The notes below the pieces were generated by a model. That model was not told where the DNA came from. It searched no databases and saw nothing but the letters and a program-made list of their open reading frames with translations. A stretch of 48,119 nucleotides of DNA, counting the filler, from Catajapyx aquilonaris (lineage: Eukaryota): the NCBI GenBank assembly GCA_000934665.2. It is 2 parts of 2 records of this genome, joined end to end, with 100 filler letters (N's around TTAATTAATTAA, not from the genome) between each part and the next. Parts side by side here need not be neighbours in the genome. Positions count along the whole stretch, not along the records: positions 1 to 23,980 come from JYFJ02005587.1; 1 more part is not named here. The stretch is one strand, 5' to 3'. This document shows positions 13,170 through 22,166 of the stretch, piece after piece (position 1 is the stretch's first letter; each line of letters starts with the position of its first letter). The translations under genes and the position numbers were made by a program.

Positions 13170-13700
13170 ATAAAAACAATTAACGACCATTTAACGTACT
13201 CACGACGTCGGGTTTTTAATTGACGTATTTGATGAAATAATCTGGAAGTACAGACGATGGAGCAGTACGCAGCAACAAGAGGCGGTCATTGGTGGAGGAG
13301 AAACGCCACTGCAGAATGGGCCAGTTAATCGCGCTTGTAAGTGAGTAGGAATACAGCGTGTAAATTCAGCAGCGATTATTTCAGGATTGAAATTAGCAAT
13401 AAGCAGAAATAGGCACATTTGCAGTGCTGTACAAACTTAGGCATAATAAGAAAACACTAGCGACCTCCGCTGCAGGATATTCTGAGATTGATGTAACAAA
13501 AAATTAGAGTTGGTGTTTAGCATGCTTGCAAGTCGTTGCAAGTACATGATAACATGTTGAGTACTGTAGATTGCTACCTAATACCAAGGAGGTTACTGCT
13601 ACAATTATAATAGCTATGTTATATACGGTTGCATCGTGCATCATCCGTCACAATCTGGCAACGTTGCTTCGGCAGAGCCGTTCGCCATATTGGATTCTTC
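13170..13700. promoter_or_regulatory. Probable bidirectional promoter between APPBP2 (-) and SPT6 (+)
   Basis: Genes diverge; CpG-rich segments on both sides (12700-13300, 13630-13910); YY1-type CGCCATATTGG at ~13683 and RFX-like CTGGCAAC at ~13655; exact TSSs not determinable. Confidence 0.55.
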
Positions 13701-13910
13701 GCGTAGGAAAAGCTTCGTTTCTACGCTGACAAGACGAGGAGGATCGACTTGCAGTACCTGCGCCCTTTTTATTCAGTTGGCTGCATCGACTGGACGGTTC
13801 TGTAGTGCAAGGAGTGGGTTCTCCTCGTCCCAGATAATTCGCCGGATGCTGGTAACGGCGCAGTAGAAGGGAAGGAACTCGCATTCCATCGGTTTGCCCC
13901 GGAAGAGGTG
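13660..13910 (+). other. SPT6: Probable non-coding first exon (5' UTR) of SPT6
   Basis: CpG-rich segment ending at donor TG|GTATGT (13911); the ATG-bearing exon has its own acceptor (TTTTTCCACTTCTGAAG, 16037), so an upstream exon is implied; start position approximate. Confidence 0.5.
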
Positions 13911-14162
13911 GTATGTTGTTTCTTCCGGTTGTATATTTTGAAACCCGTACATACTGCGTCGCTCCAGTCAGTCTTTAGTACGTACTTTGGTAAGCAGTAT
14001 AGATAAATTTAATTACAGTAAGGAATGTTACTCCATGGCTTTGAAACCCTTCTTTCTTGGTCTACTACTCCAGTCTTAGTTGGGACTTTTGAGTAAACTG
14101 TTTAAACCCCTGTGGATTGCGTTCCAATCTGGTTTTTACTTGCGCAATGTATGGCAAAGGAA

Positions 14163-14288
14163 GGATGACCCATGATGCTAATCACTGCGCAAATCTGAAG
14201 AGGCAGATGCAGGAAGCTCCATTTTAATATAAAAATGTTGAGTGCCCGTCTGCCTCACTGTTAACAATTTGTGAAGTCTGAGGCCACC
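14163..14288 (+). ncRNA. Intronic box C/D sno/scaRNA candidate, copy 1 (U4 snRNA-complementary guide)
   Basis: Variant box C ATGATGC 14172-14178, guide CACTGCGCAAA 14183-14193, D' CTGA 14195-14198, hairpin 14200-14256, box D CTGA 14278-14281, imperfect terminal stem; paralog at 18052-18176. Confidence 0.65.
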
Positions 14289-14691
14289 AGTATTTTATGC
14301 TGTTTCTGCAGCTCTTTGTCAACATTTGTGTAATTAAGGCTTTATTTTGCTTTTAATGTTTCTGACCAATTTTGCAAGCAATTCTGGATGAACAGGTTGG
14401 CATTGGTAATGTGGAAAGTGCATTTAAAATTCACTCGATCAGCTGCCAATGCTGCAGATGTGCTTATTAAGGTACGTTCTCACTGGGTGATGGACCAAAA
14501 TGGGACGAAAATATCTGCAGTTGCTTTGAATTTCTAGATGTATTTAAGAGGTTTTGTGTGTCATAAAATTGGTTTTTTAAACTACCTCAATAAGCAGAGC
14601 TGCAAGTTAAAGTAATACTTTAAAAGTCACATTTTTATGGAATAAACTAAAATGTCCACATGAAAGGCAGAAAAATGCCCCCTGTGAATAA

Positions 14692-14866
14692 GGGCCTGTT
14701 TCTACCGGCATAATTTTTGAGCACAAAAAGAAAGGCACAAAAATTGAGCGCAAAATCAAACAAACTTTATTATTATTTCTTTGTTACTTTATTATTAATC
14801 ACCTAGCAACAAGAAATTGTTCTGGCTTGCATTTTGTCCAGAACAAAAATTATGCTAGTGTAAACC
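14692..14866. mobile_element. Decayed PIF/Harbinger-like MITE
   Basis: GGGCCTGTTTCTACCGGCATAATTTTTG ... CAAAAATTATGCTAGTGTAAACC imperfect inverted ends; TSD unclear. Confidence 0.4.
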
Positions 14867-14887
14867 AAAGAGTTCTGCTCTAATATA

Positions 14888-15423
14888 CAGGGTGTTTCCT
14901 GTAACTCTGTAAAGACTTGCAGGGGTAGTAGAGGGGACCAAGCACGGACCAAGACAAGTATTTTTGACATAGGAACCCGTGTCCGGAAACGCCATCTAGA
15001 GGGGGTTCATAGACAAGGAACAGGTGAGCTCAGACGCGTCAGGTGGGCGGCGTTAGCAAGCGGACCGTTTAGTTGCTAGGTGGCGCGCAGATTGTACACA
15101 CCTTCGTAATTCGCAATAACCTGGCAACAACAGAGTTGTGTATTATCTGCGGTCTACATGATGCTGACTTTAGTTGTTAGGTGGCTCTGTTGTTGCCAAG
15201 TTATTGCGAATTACAAAGGTGTGTACAATCTGCGCGCCACCTAGCAACTAAACGGTCCGCTTGATAACGCCGCCCACCTGACGCGTCTGAGCTCACCTGT
15301 TCCTTGTCTATGAACCCCCTCTAGATGGCGTTTCCGGACACGGGTTCCTATGTCAAATATGTTTGTCTTGGTCCTCTCTATTACCCCTACAAGTTTGTCG
15401 GTTGAATTCAGAAACATCCTCTG
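14888..15423. mobile_element. Tc1/mariner-type foldback MITE (TA|CAGGGTG), ~250-bp inverted arms
   Basis: TA-flanked; arms ~14888-15135 and ~15185-15423 are near-identical reverse complements; same family recurs at 24081-24229. Confidence 0.9.
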
Positions 15424-16060
15424 TAGTACTGTATACCTAGAGAGAGTACTCGAGGTGAAATGTAAGGCAGGCAACAATGCAGGCAACAATATGGGCCTAG
15501 TAAAGATGGTGGATGCCTGACATTATTGGACTAATTGTCGTCCCAGTTGCTAGGCAACTGTCAGAATACAATATGGGCCTAGTAAATATGGCTGCTGCCT
15601 CAGCCTGTCTAATGGGGAAGGATAGGGATATGATAGGAGTGCTTCTTCTAGGTATATTATAGCAGAACTCTTTGGTGGAAACAGGCCTTAGGTTCTTTTC
15701 CATTTTTATATGTAACCTAGTCTATTGTATGCCTGAGTTTCTACGGCAGGACATGTGGGCCACACCTGTGCTGCCAAAAGTGAAAACACAGTAACTCCAT
15801 AGGCGAGCAATGAGACTTACTGTGTTTTCGCTTTTGGCGGCAGACCTGAAGCACTTAATAGCTCCTAAAAATTTAGAAATTAAGATAAAATGAGATTTGA
15901 CAAAAATATTTAATGCCATAATGATAATTGCCTTACAGTAATTGTAAGTGTGAATATCAAGATTAGAATATGAAGTTTTTGACTCGTGGGACCCACAAAT
16001 GTCACAATTTGATTTATTTATTTTTCCACTTCTGAAGGAACAGAATAGATCAAGGCAACC

Positions 16061-16099
16061 ATGGCTGACTTCATTGACTCAGAAGCAGAGGAAAGTGAT
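16061..16099 (+). CDS. SPT6: Transcription elongation factor SPT6 coding exon 1
   Basis: Kozak-like ACCATGG; MADFIDSEAEESD resembles the SPT6 N-terminus; donor GTAAGT. Confidence 0.93.
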
Positions 16100-16161
16100 G
16101 TAAGTTATTGCAAATAACTTGTATTCATGGCATTGTCTTAATTATATTTGCCTTATTGCAG

Positions 16162-16243
16162 GAGGAGGAGGAACTGAATGACACAGAAAGGAGGAAGTTG
16201 AAAAAAATTAGGGCAGTGCAGAGTGATGATGAAGAGGAAGAAG
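16162..16243 (+). CDS. SPT6: SPT6 coding exon 2
   Basis: EEEELNDTERRKLKKIRAVQSDDEEEE; TTGCAG acceptor, G|GTGAGC donor. Confidence 0.9.
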
Positions 16244-16640
16244 GTGAGCTTACAACTGAATTATAAACACAGTGAAAAAACCTGATCAAAGGCCATCTTG
16301 ACTTACAAATTTTTAATGTTATAGAACCTACCCTAACCTATCATTAAAAAATTGCACAAGTGTAGGGCTGGTGGAAAAAATATGTTGAAGGCGTAATCAG
16401 GGAAAGGGACTTGAGTGTATATTTTGCATAGAGTTGGATATGAGTTCTGGGATGTTTTTTATCATGGCCTACAGCAACACCCTCCAACATGTGATTTTGC
16501 TACTTTTTGTTCTTAAATTTAGTTTGCCTAATCACAAGGATAAATAAGATGCTGGTTTCTAAATAATGCATGGCTGGATGCCCAGGCAATTTGTAAAATT
16601 GTTAATAGAGGAGGATCATCATAAATATTATGGTGAAGTA

Positions 16641-16773
16641 CAGTTCTGGACATTAATGGTAGAGTACTGACTGCTGCATGAGCCGCCGCTGCTAACGAGC
16701 GCATCGAACCTCATCGAACTGAAGAGTAAGATCAGATTGCCCTGAGTGACGCTACCATTTATGTCCAGCACTG
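16641..16773. mobile_element. Short MITE with CAGTGCTGGACA-type TIR
   Basis: TA|CAGTTCTGGACATTAATGGTAG ... CTACCATTTATGTCCAGCACTG; terminus shared with the 22167-23841 element. Confidence 0.7.
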
Positions 16774-16918
16774 CACTCCAGTCCCTTTCTTCCACTTTTT
16801 TCATATTCATGCCTGCAATAAGAACTAGTGTGCCATAAAAGTGTGTTTGGTAGGTGACAAGTTACTGAACAACTAGTTTGAAATTTAAAGGCAATTGACT
16901 ATGTAAACTTGGTCGTTA

Positions 16919-17073
16919 CCCTGTAATGCCCCTTGGGTCATATCTGGCTCACCATTTAGTGCAATTTGGCACTTACAGGAAGTATAAAAATTGCAAAAGT
17001 TGCGAAAATTGCACTAAATGGTGTGCCAGATATGACCCAGTGGGCATTACTTAGATTAGTGGGCATTACAGGG
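16919..17073. mobile_element. piggyBac-like MITE
   Basis: CCCTGTAATGCCC...GGGCATTACAGGG|TTAA with long internal inverted repeat (GGGTCATATCTGGC..ACCATTTAGTGCAATTT); left TTAA degenerate (GTTA); small duplication of AGTGGGCATTAC in the right arm. Confidence 0.7.
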
Positions 17074-17130
17074 TTAAGCCATCTGTAATATATGTACAAA
17101 CTGGCCCTTGTCAGGTTTTTCTACCATATA

Positions 17131-18033
17131 CGAGGCGCATCCAGAAAGTAAGTTCGGTTTTTTTATTAGGAAAACCACAATGCACCCCTAGAATTTTTAT
17201 TTGCAAATCTGAAACCGACGACTCTACATTTTTTCAAAATAGTTTCCAGCCAAATTGGGGCATTTTTCATTGAGTTACACAATATTTTGTATGCCTATGT
17301 CATAGAAGTCTGCCGCCAGCCATTTCCGCGATCCCTGAACACTGGATTGCAACTCCTCGTCATGGTCAATTTTCTGCTTTGCAAGCCATTTCTCCCTGTC
17401 CATGGACAGGTGGTAATCGCGGCTCAAAATCCCAGGTGGTCAAGAAATTCTCACTTTGAATTGTTGCGGCAGGGTTCCAGCAAGCAAGGCAGTACGCAGA
17501 GGGGCATTGTCGCGTAAGAAAACACCACGAAACTCAATATACTGATGCATTTCTTGTGATTTACCATCCTTAACTTCTGTAATGTCTCACAATAAACCTT
17601 TGGGTTGAACAAACATAGCAGCATATTGAGTTTTAGGGTGTTTTCTTGCACGACAATGCCCCCTGCATACTACCTTGTTTACTGAAACCTTGCCGCAGCA
17701 ATTCAAGTGAGAATTTTTTGATCACCTGGGATTTAGAACTTAGCGATTACCACCTGTCCATGAACAGGGAGAAATGGCTTGGAAAGCAAGAGGTTGACCA
17801 TGACGAGGAGTTGCAATCCAGCGTTCAAGGATCGCGGAAATGGCTGGCGGCAGACTTCTATGACATAGGCATACAAAATATTGTGTAAATCAATGAAAAA
17901 TGCCCCAATTTGGCTGGAAACTATTCTGAAAAAAAGGAGGCGGTAGTCGATTTCAGATGTGTAAATAAAAATTCTGTGGGTGCATTGTGGTCTTTCTAAT
18001 AAATAACCGAACTTACTTTCTGGATGCGCCTCG
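17131..18033. mobile_element. Non-autonomous mariner made of two inverted copies of the transposase 3' half
   Basis: TA TSD; TIR CGAGGCGCATCCAGAAAGTAAGTTCGGTT at both ends; each arm carries decayed mariner C-terminal motifs (HDNA, DL..SDYHL, KWL, FY..GIQ.IV). Confidence 0.92.
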
Positions 18034-18051
18034 TATGTACTTGGAAGAGAA

Positions 18052-18176
18052 GGTGACCCATGATGATAATAACTGCGCAAAGATCAAGAGGCAAAGCGTG
18101 TGCAGCTCCATTTTAAAAATAAAATGTTGAGCACCAGCTTGCCTCAGTGTGGACTAATTGTGAAATCTGAGGCCCC
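18052..18176 (+). ncRNA. Intronic box C/D sno/scaRNA candidate, copy 2 (U4 snRNA-complementary guide)
   Basis: Box C ATGATGA 18060-18066, guide ACTGCGCAAAGAT 18072-18084, hairpin 18088-18145, box D CTGA 18167-18170, ~80 nt upstream of the 3' splice site at 18252. Confidence 0.7.
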
Positions 18177-18252
18177 AGTAATCTTCTGCTGGGTGTTTAT
18201 TAACTGTTCTCGACAAGCAGAAATTGACAGGATTTAAATTTCTTTTCACCAG

Positions 18253-18434
18253 ATGATGATGAAGTACTGAAAGATCTTATTGATGACAATCCGATCGAAG
18301 AAGACAGTGACAACGAATCCGTTGGGTCAAGAAAACGGAAGAAGAGTGATGATGATGATGACGATTTTGATGATCGCTTGGAAGATGAAGATTATGATTT
18401 AATTGAGGAGAACTTGGGAGTGAAAGTTCAGAGG
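18253..18434 (+). CDS. SPT6: SPT6 coding exon 3
   Basis: ..[34 protein letters not shown], conserved SPT6 acidic N-terminal motif; phases consistent. Confidence 0.95.
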
Positions 18435-18624
18435 GTAATCATTTTTTTCATATCTTGTGGAACCACTGACAGCCTTAGAAAAGTTTTATCGAGGAAGGAA
18501 TAAAATTATGTGCTATGGTTGTAGTTGTTTTTAAAACTTCAAAGGGCTTTTTAGTTTAGAAGTGGATTAAGATCTCATTGAAATGAACCCTTCTGCAGTA
18601 AATAATACCCTTTTATTTCCTCAG

Positions 18625-18741
18625 AAAAAATTTAAGCGCTTGAAGAGAATCAGGGATGAAGACTCCGATGAAGAGGAGCAGGAAGCAGGAGGTGATGATC
18701 GAGCAGCAATTGCTACCCAGTTGTTCGAAGGTTCAGACAAT
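18625..18741 (+). CDS. SPT6: SPT6 coding exon 4
   Basis: KKFKRLKRIRDEDSDEEEQEAGGDDRAAIATQLFEGSDN; CCTCAG acceptor, GTGAGT donor. Confidence 0.93.
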
Positions 18742-18810
18742 GTGAGTTTTGAATTGGAAATTGATTGGGGTGGCTCTGATGTATTGTATTCATCCTGAAT
18801 TTTATAACAG

Positions 18811-18974
18811 GAGGAAGAGAGAGGGTCAGAACGGGAACGTGAGGAGGTAGAGGAGCGTCTGTCTGAGGGTGAATCAGAAGGCGAATACTCAGACACTGAT
18901 GGCTTCATTGTTGGAGATGATGGCAGACCTCTAGCAGAGAAACGTCGGAAAAGAAAGCCTATATTCACAGATGC
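18811..18974 (+). CDS. SPT6: SPT6 coding exon 5
   Basis: ..EYSDTDGFIVGDDGRPLAEKRRKRKPIFTDA; TAACAG acceptor, GTAAGT donor. Confidence 0.93.
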
Positions 18975-19076
18975 GTAAGTTGAGGTTATCTTGGGTTAAA
19001 ATAATCCACAAGTTTGCTCCTTCCCATGAACACAAGATTGGAGGTCCTTAACTTGGGTAAATCTTAACAATTACAG

Positions 19077-19341
19077 TGCCCTACAAGAAGCTCAAGACAT
19101 ATTTGGGGTTGACTTTGACTTTGATGAGTTTGAGAAGTATGATGAGGAATACTATGAGGAAGAGATGGACGAGGAGGATGAGTATGAGGAGGAGATAGAC
19201 GGGGAGGAACATGCTACTGCTACTAGTCGAAAGAGGAAACCTAAAAAGAGACCCAAGAAGAAGCCTACCAGGAAGTCCATCTTTGAGATATATGAGCCCA
19301 GTGAGCTTGAGAGAGGGCACTTTACTGACCTGGACAATGAG
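19077..19341 (+). CDS. SPT6: SPT6 coding exon 6
   Basis: [21 protein letters not shown]...[29 protein letters not shown] acceptor, GTAAGG donor. Confidence 0.96.
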
Positions 19342-19853
19342 GTAAGGATTTTGAGGATTTCGAGCAGTTGTAACTGATCATTAGCATGGAGTTTTAGTAA
19401 ATTCACATTTACTATGACTGGTGGTGGTGGGGGGGAGTTGTTTTACGGTGAGTGCTTTTATATTTCGTGCTGATTTTCTAAAGTCCTTGTAACAGCACAT
19501 TATCCAAAATGAAAATTCATCAGCAATGGTATTAGCATATCTTTACGAGCTATTGTCAAAGAAGAATAGGATATAAGCATAACCGTAGGATCTGGTGATT
19601 TTTAAAAACTATGTCACCACATTTTCTTGACATATGACTCCAGCATACTGTCACTTGTTAATGTCACTTGTGATTGTATTCTTCCATTCAGTTGCTTTTC
19701 TGATTTGCAGGAAATTGCCAAGTCTTTTTAGCTAGGGCACACTTTCGAAAGACAAATGTGTATTTGGAATGGTGAAGGTTTTTTTTGTGTGTGTGTGTGA
19801 TAAGGCTTGGGAAAGGTTGTACCCCCATTAATTAAAACTTGATTCTTGCACAG

Positions 19854-19994
19854 ATACGCAACACTGATATCCCAGAACGTATGCAGCTTCGCAGTGTGCC
19901 AGTTACCGCTGTTCCAGCCGATTCTGATGAATTAGATGATGAGGCGGATTGGATTTACAAGCAGGCATTTAACAAGCCCACAATTACAAACCAG
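19854..19994 (+). CDS. SPT6: SPT6 coding exon 7
   Basis: [47 protein letters not shown]. Confidence 0.96.
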
Positions 19995-20080
19995 GTATAG
20001 TTTAGGAGTTACCAGTGAATCCCTTGCTATAGGTCTTGGAAACTGGTCCACATCTAATGGAATTTTAATGAACATTTCAG

Positions 20081-20281
20081 GAGGGTGGGAGAGATTCCGA
20101 TTCTCGTAGCACGGATCGTGCACGAAAAGGTCCACAGATCATTGGAAAGATTAAAAAAGCACTGGACTTTATGCGTAACCAACACCTGGAGGTGCCCTTT
20201 ATTGCATTTTACAGGAAAGAATATGTCCAGCCAGAGATGAATATTAATGACCTATGGAAGGTGTATAAGTATGATGAGAAG
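20081..20281 (+). CDS. SPT6: SPT6 coding exon 8
   Basis: ..[52 protein letters not shown] (SPT6 HtH region). Confidence 0.97.
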
Positions 20282-20366
20282 GTTGGTACTCCTTATTTAC
20301 ATTCTTGAGGGTTGTATTTGAAATAGTGATGATATAAAAATATATGTAAAATTTCTTCTTTGTTAG

Positions 20367-20871
20367 TGGTGTCAGCTAAAGCAACGCAAGGCCAATCTAA
20401 TTCGCTTGCTGGAGAAGATGCGTGACTACCAGGCAGAAGACCTGATGCGCAAGCCAGACCAGCCTATTCCAGACCGAGTGCGTGTCCTAAAGGATGAAGA
20501 CATTGATCGAGTGCGCATAATCCAGACAGTGGAGGAGCTGAAGGATGTATATCTTCACTTTCTGCTATACTACTTGGATGATGTACCTGCAATGCAGGAA
20601 GCCTGGAAGAAGAAACAGAAAGAAGAAGCTGATGAGGAAAGGAGACGAAGTCGGCTCTTTCAAGCTTTGGGAGGGGATAGTGGTGGAGGGGGTAGTGGAG
20701 AAGGAGGAGAGGGAACTGAAGGGGAAGGTGGAACACAAGCCGAGGGTCAGCCAGGGGATGGTGGAGCAGCAAAGAGGCCTCAGGTTGAGGAACTTCTTCC
20801 TGAGGAGAGAGAACCCAATCGTCACATGATCAGAAGTGGACCCTACCAGATCTGCCGAAAGGCAGGCCTAG
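20367..20871 (+). CDS. SPT6: SPT6 coding exon 9
   Basis: WCQLKQRKANLIRLLEKMRDYQ...ELKDVYLHFLLYY...PYQICRKAGL; TGTTAG acceptor, G|GTCAGT donor. Confidence 0.95.
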
Positions 20872-21365
20872 GTCAGTTGATTTCTTGATGTATAAGGGCT
20901 CTTGTTATGCAATGTTTTAAACTTATTCAGTGGACAGTTTTTAAATGCTGAACTGCTTCTTACAGCAGTTACTTTTGAGCACACACTTTGTAAAAGCTGC
21001 TAATATTGGTTCTAAGAGATGTCCCAATTTAGTGCTGCAAGGACAGATTTGCTGTGGTAGAGAATTCTGCTTCATGTTGGTCTGTTCATGTTCATTGTTC
21101 AATGTTCATGTTGGTCTGTAGCTTTGTCCCTGAAGAACATCCCTATAGCCTCCCATACGGCTCCTCTTTTCCACACATTCCCTCCATCCCACCTATTCAT
21201 CCTCACCCCCATATCACCTGTCTATGTATACCAACCAGAAATGGTACAATGTAACATTTACGTACAACTCCTAAAATTACTCTCATTACTTGACATTGGA
21301 GAGCCCTTGATTAAAGGATACAGGAAGCTGTGATGGCATTGTGCATGATTATATTTTGCTTGCAG

Positions 21366-21495
21366 ATGGCCTGGGCAAGAAGTTTGGCCTGACCCCAGAA
21401 CAGTTTGGTGAGAACCTTCGTGATAACTATCAGCGACATGAGGTGGAGCAATACCCTATTGAGCCTGCAGATGTGGCTCTGGAATATGTTAGTCC
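21366..21495 (+). CDS. SPT6: SPT6 coding exon 10
   Basis: [44 protein letters not shown]. Confidence 0.96.
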
Positions 21496-21570
21496 GTAAG
21501 TGCCAGTTGTCGTGTAGTGTCATTGACAATGCTTCAATATTAATCTTAAATGTGGTGTTTTTACATACAG

Positions 21571-21750
21571 GAAACTTGCAACTGCAAATGAGGTTTTAAA
21601 GGCTGCCAAGTTCATGGTGGCCACTCAACTGTCACGAGAACCCCTGGTGAGGCAGTGTGCGCGAGAGACCTTCTTTGAGAGAGCAAGGATGAGTATCAAG
21701 CCTACCAGACGTGGACAGAAAGAAATTGATGAGCATCATCCCATTTACAG
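21571..21750 (+). CDS. SPT6: SPT6 coding exon 11
   Basis: ..VLKAAKFMVATQLSREPLVRQCARETFFERARMSIKPTRRGQKEIDEHHPIY. Confidence 0.96.
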
Positions 21751-21823
21751 GTCAGTTGATCGACTCCGAAGAAATACTTCATGGGCTCTCTGTTCAGCTC
21801 TTTACTATTTTGATCTTTTACAG

Positions 21824-21989
21824 TATGAAGTACATCAAGAATAAACCAGTAGGTGACCTGTCAGGAGACCAATTTGTGAAATTGGCCATGGCAGAAGAGG
21901 ACAAACTTATTGTAATGAGCATTGGGGATCATATCAGTGGGATTACAGCAACCCACTATTTGGATGAAGTCAAGCAGCTGTATTACAAG
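21824..21989 (+). CDS. SPT6: SPT6 coding exon 12 (last exon visible; gene incomplete)
   Basis: SMKYIKNKPVGDLSGDQFVKLAMAEEDKL...YLDEVKQLYYK|GTGAGA; exons 1-12 join in frame to 724 codons with no stop. Confidence 0.95.
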
Positions 21990-22166
21990 GTGAGATATGC
22001 ATTTGAGTAAGTTAGGCTATTATTTCAAGTTGCTGCAACCAACAAGTTACATGCACACATTCCCAGGTATTTTGAGAGTCAGGGACATAAGCTTCCTTAC
22101 CAACTGGGAGAATATGTGATGTGTTGGGCTAATTTTCCAGTTCAGACCTGCAATTTCAAGCCTGTA

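Noticed and set aside
15487..15592. Direct repeat ACAATATGGGCCTAGTAAA(G/T)ATGG
   Set aside because: Local duplication with no box motifs or structure suggesting function
19515..19625. Possible H/ACA snoRNA in the SPT6 intron after coding exon 6
   Set aside because: ANANNA and ACA motifs are present but the hairpins are short and weak, with no paralog or covariation support
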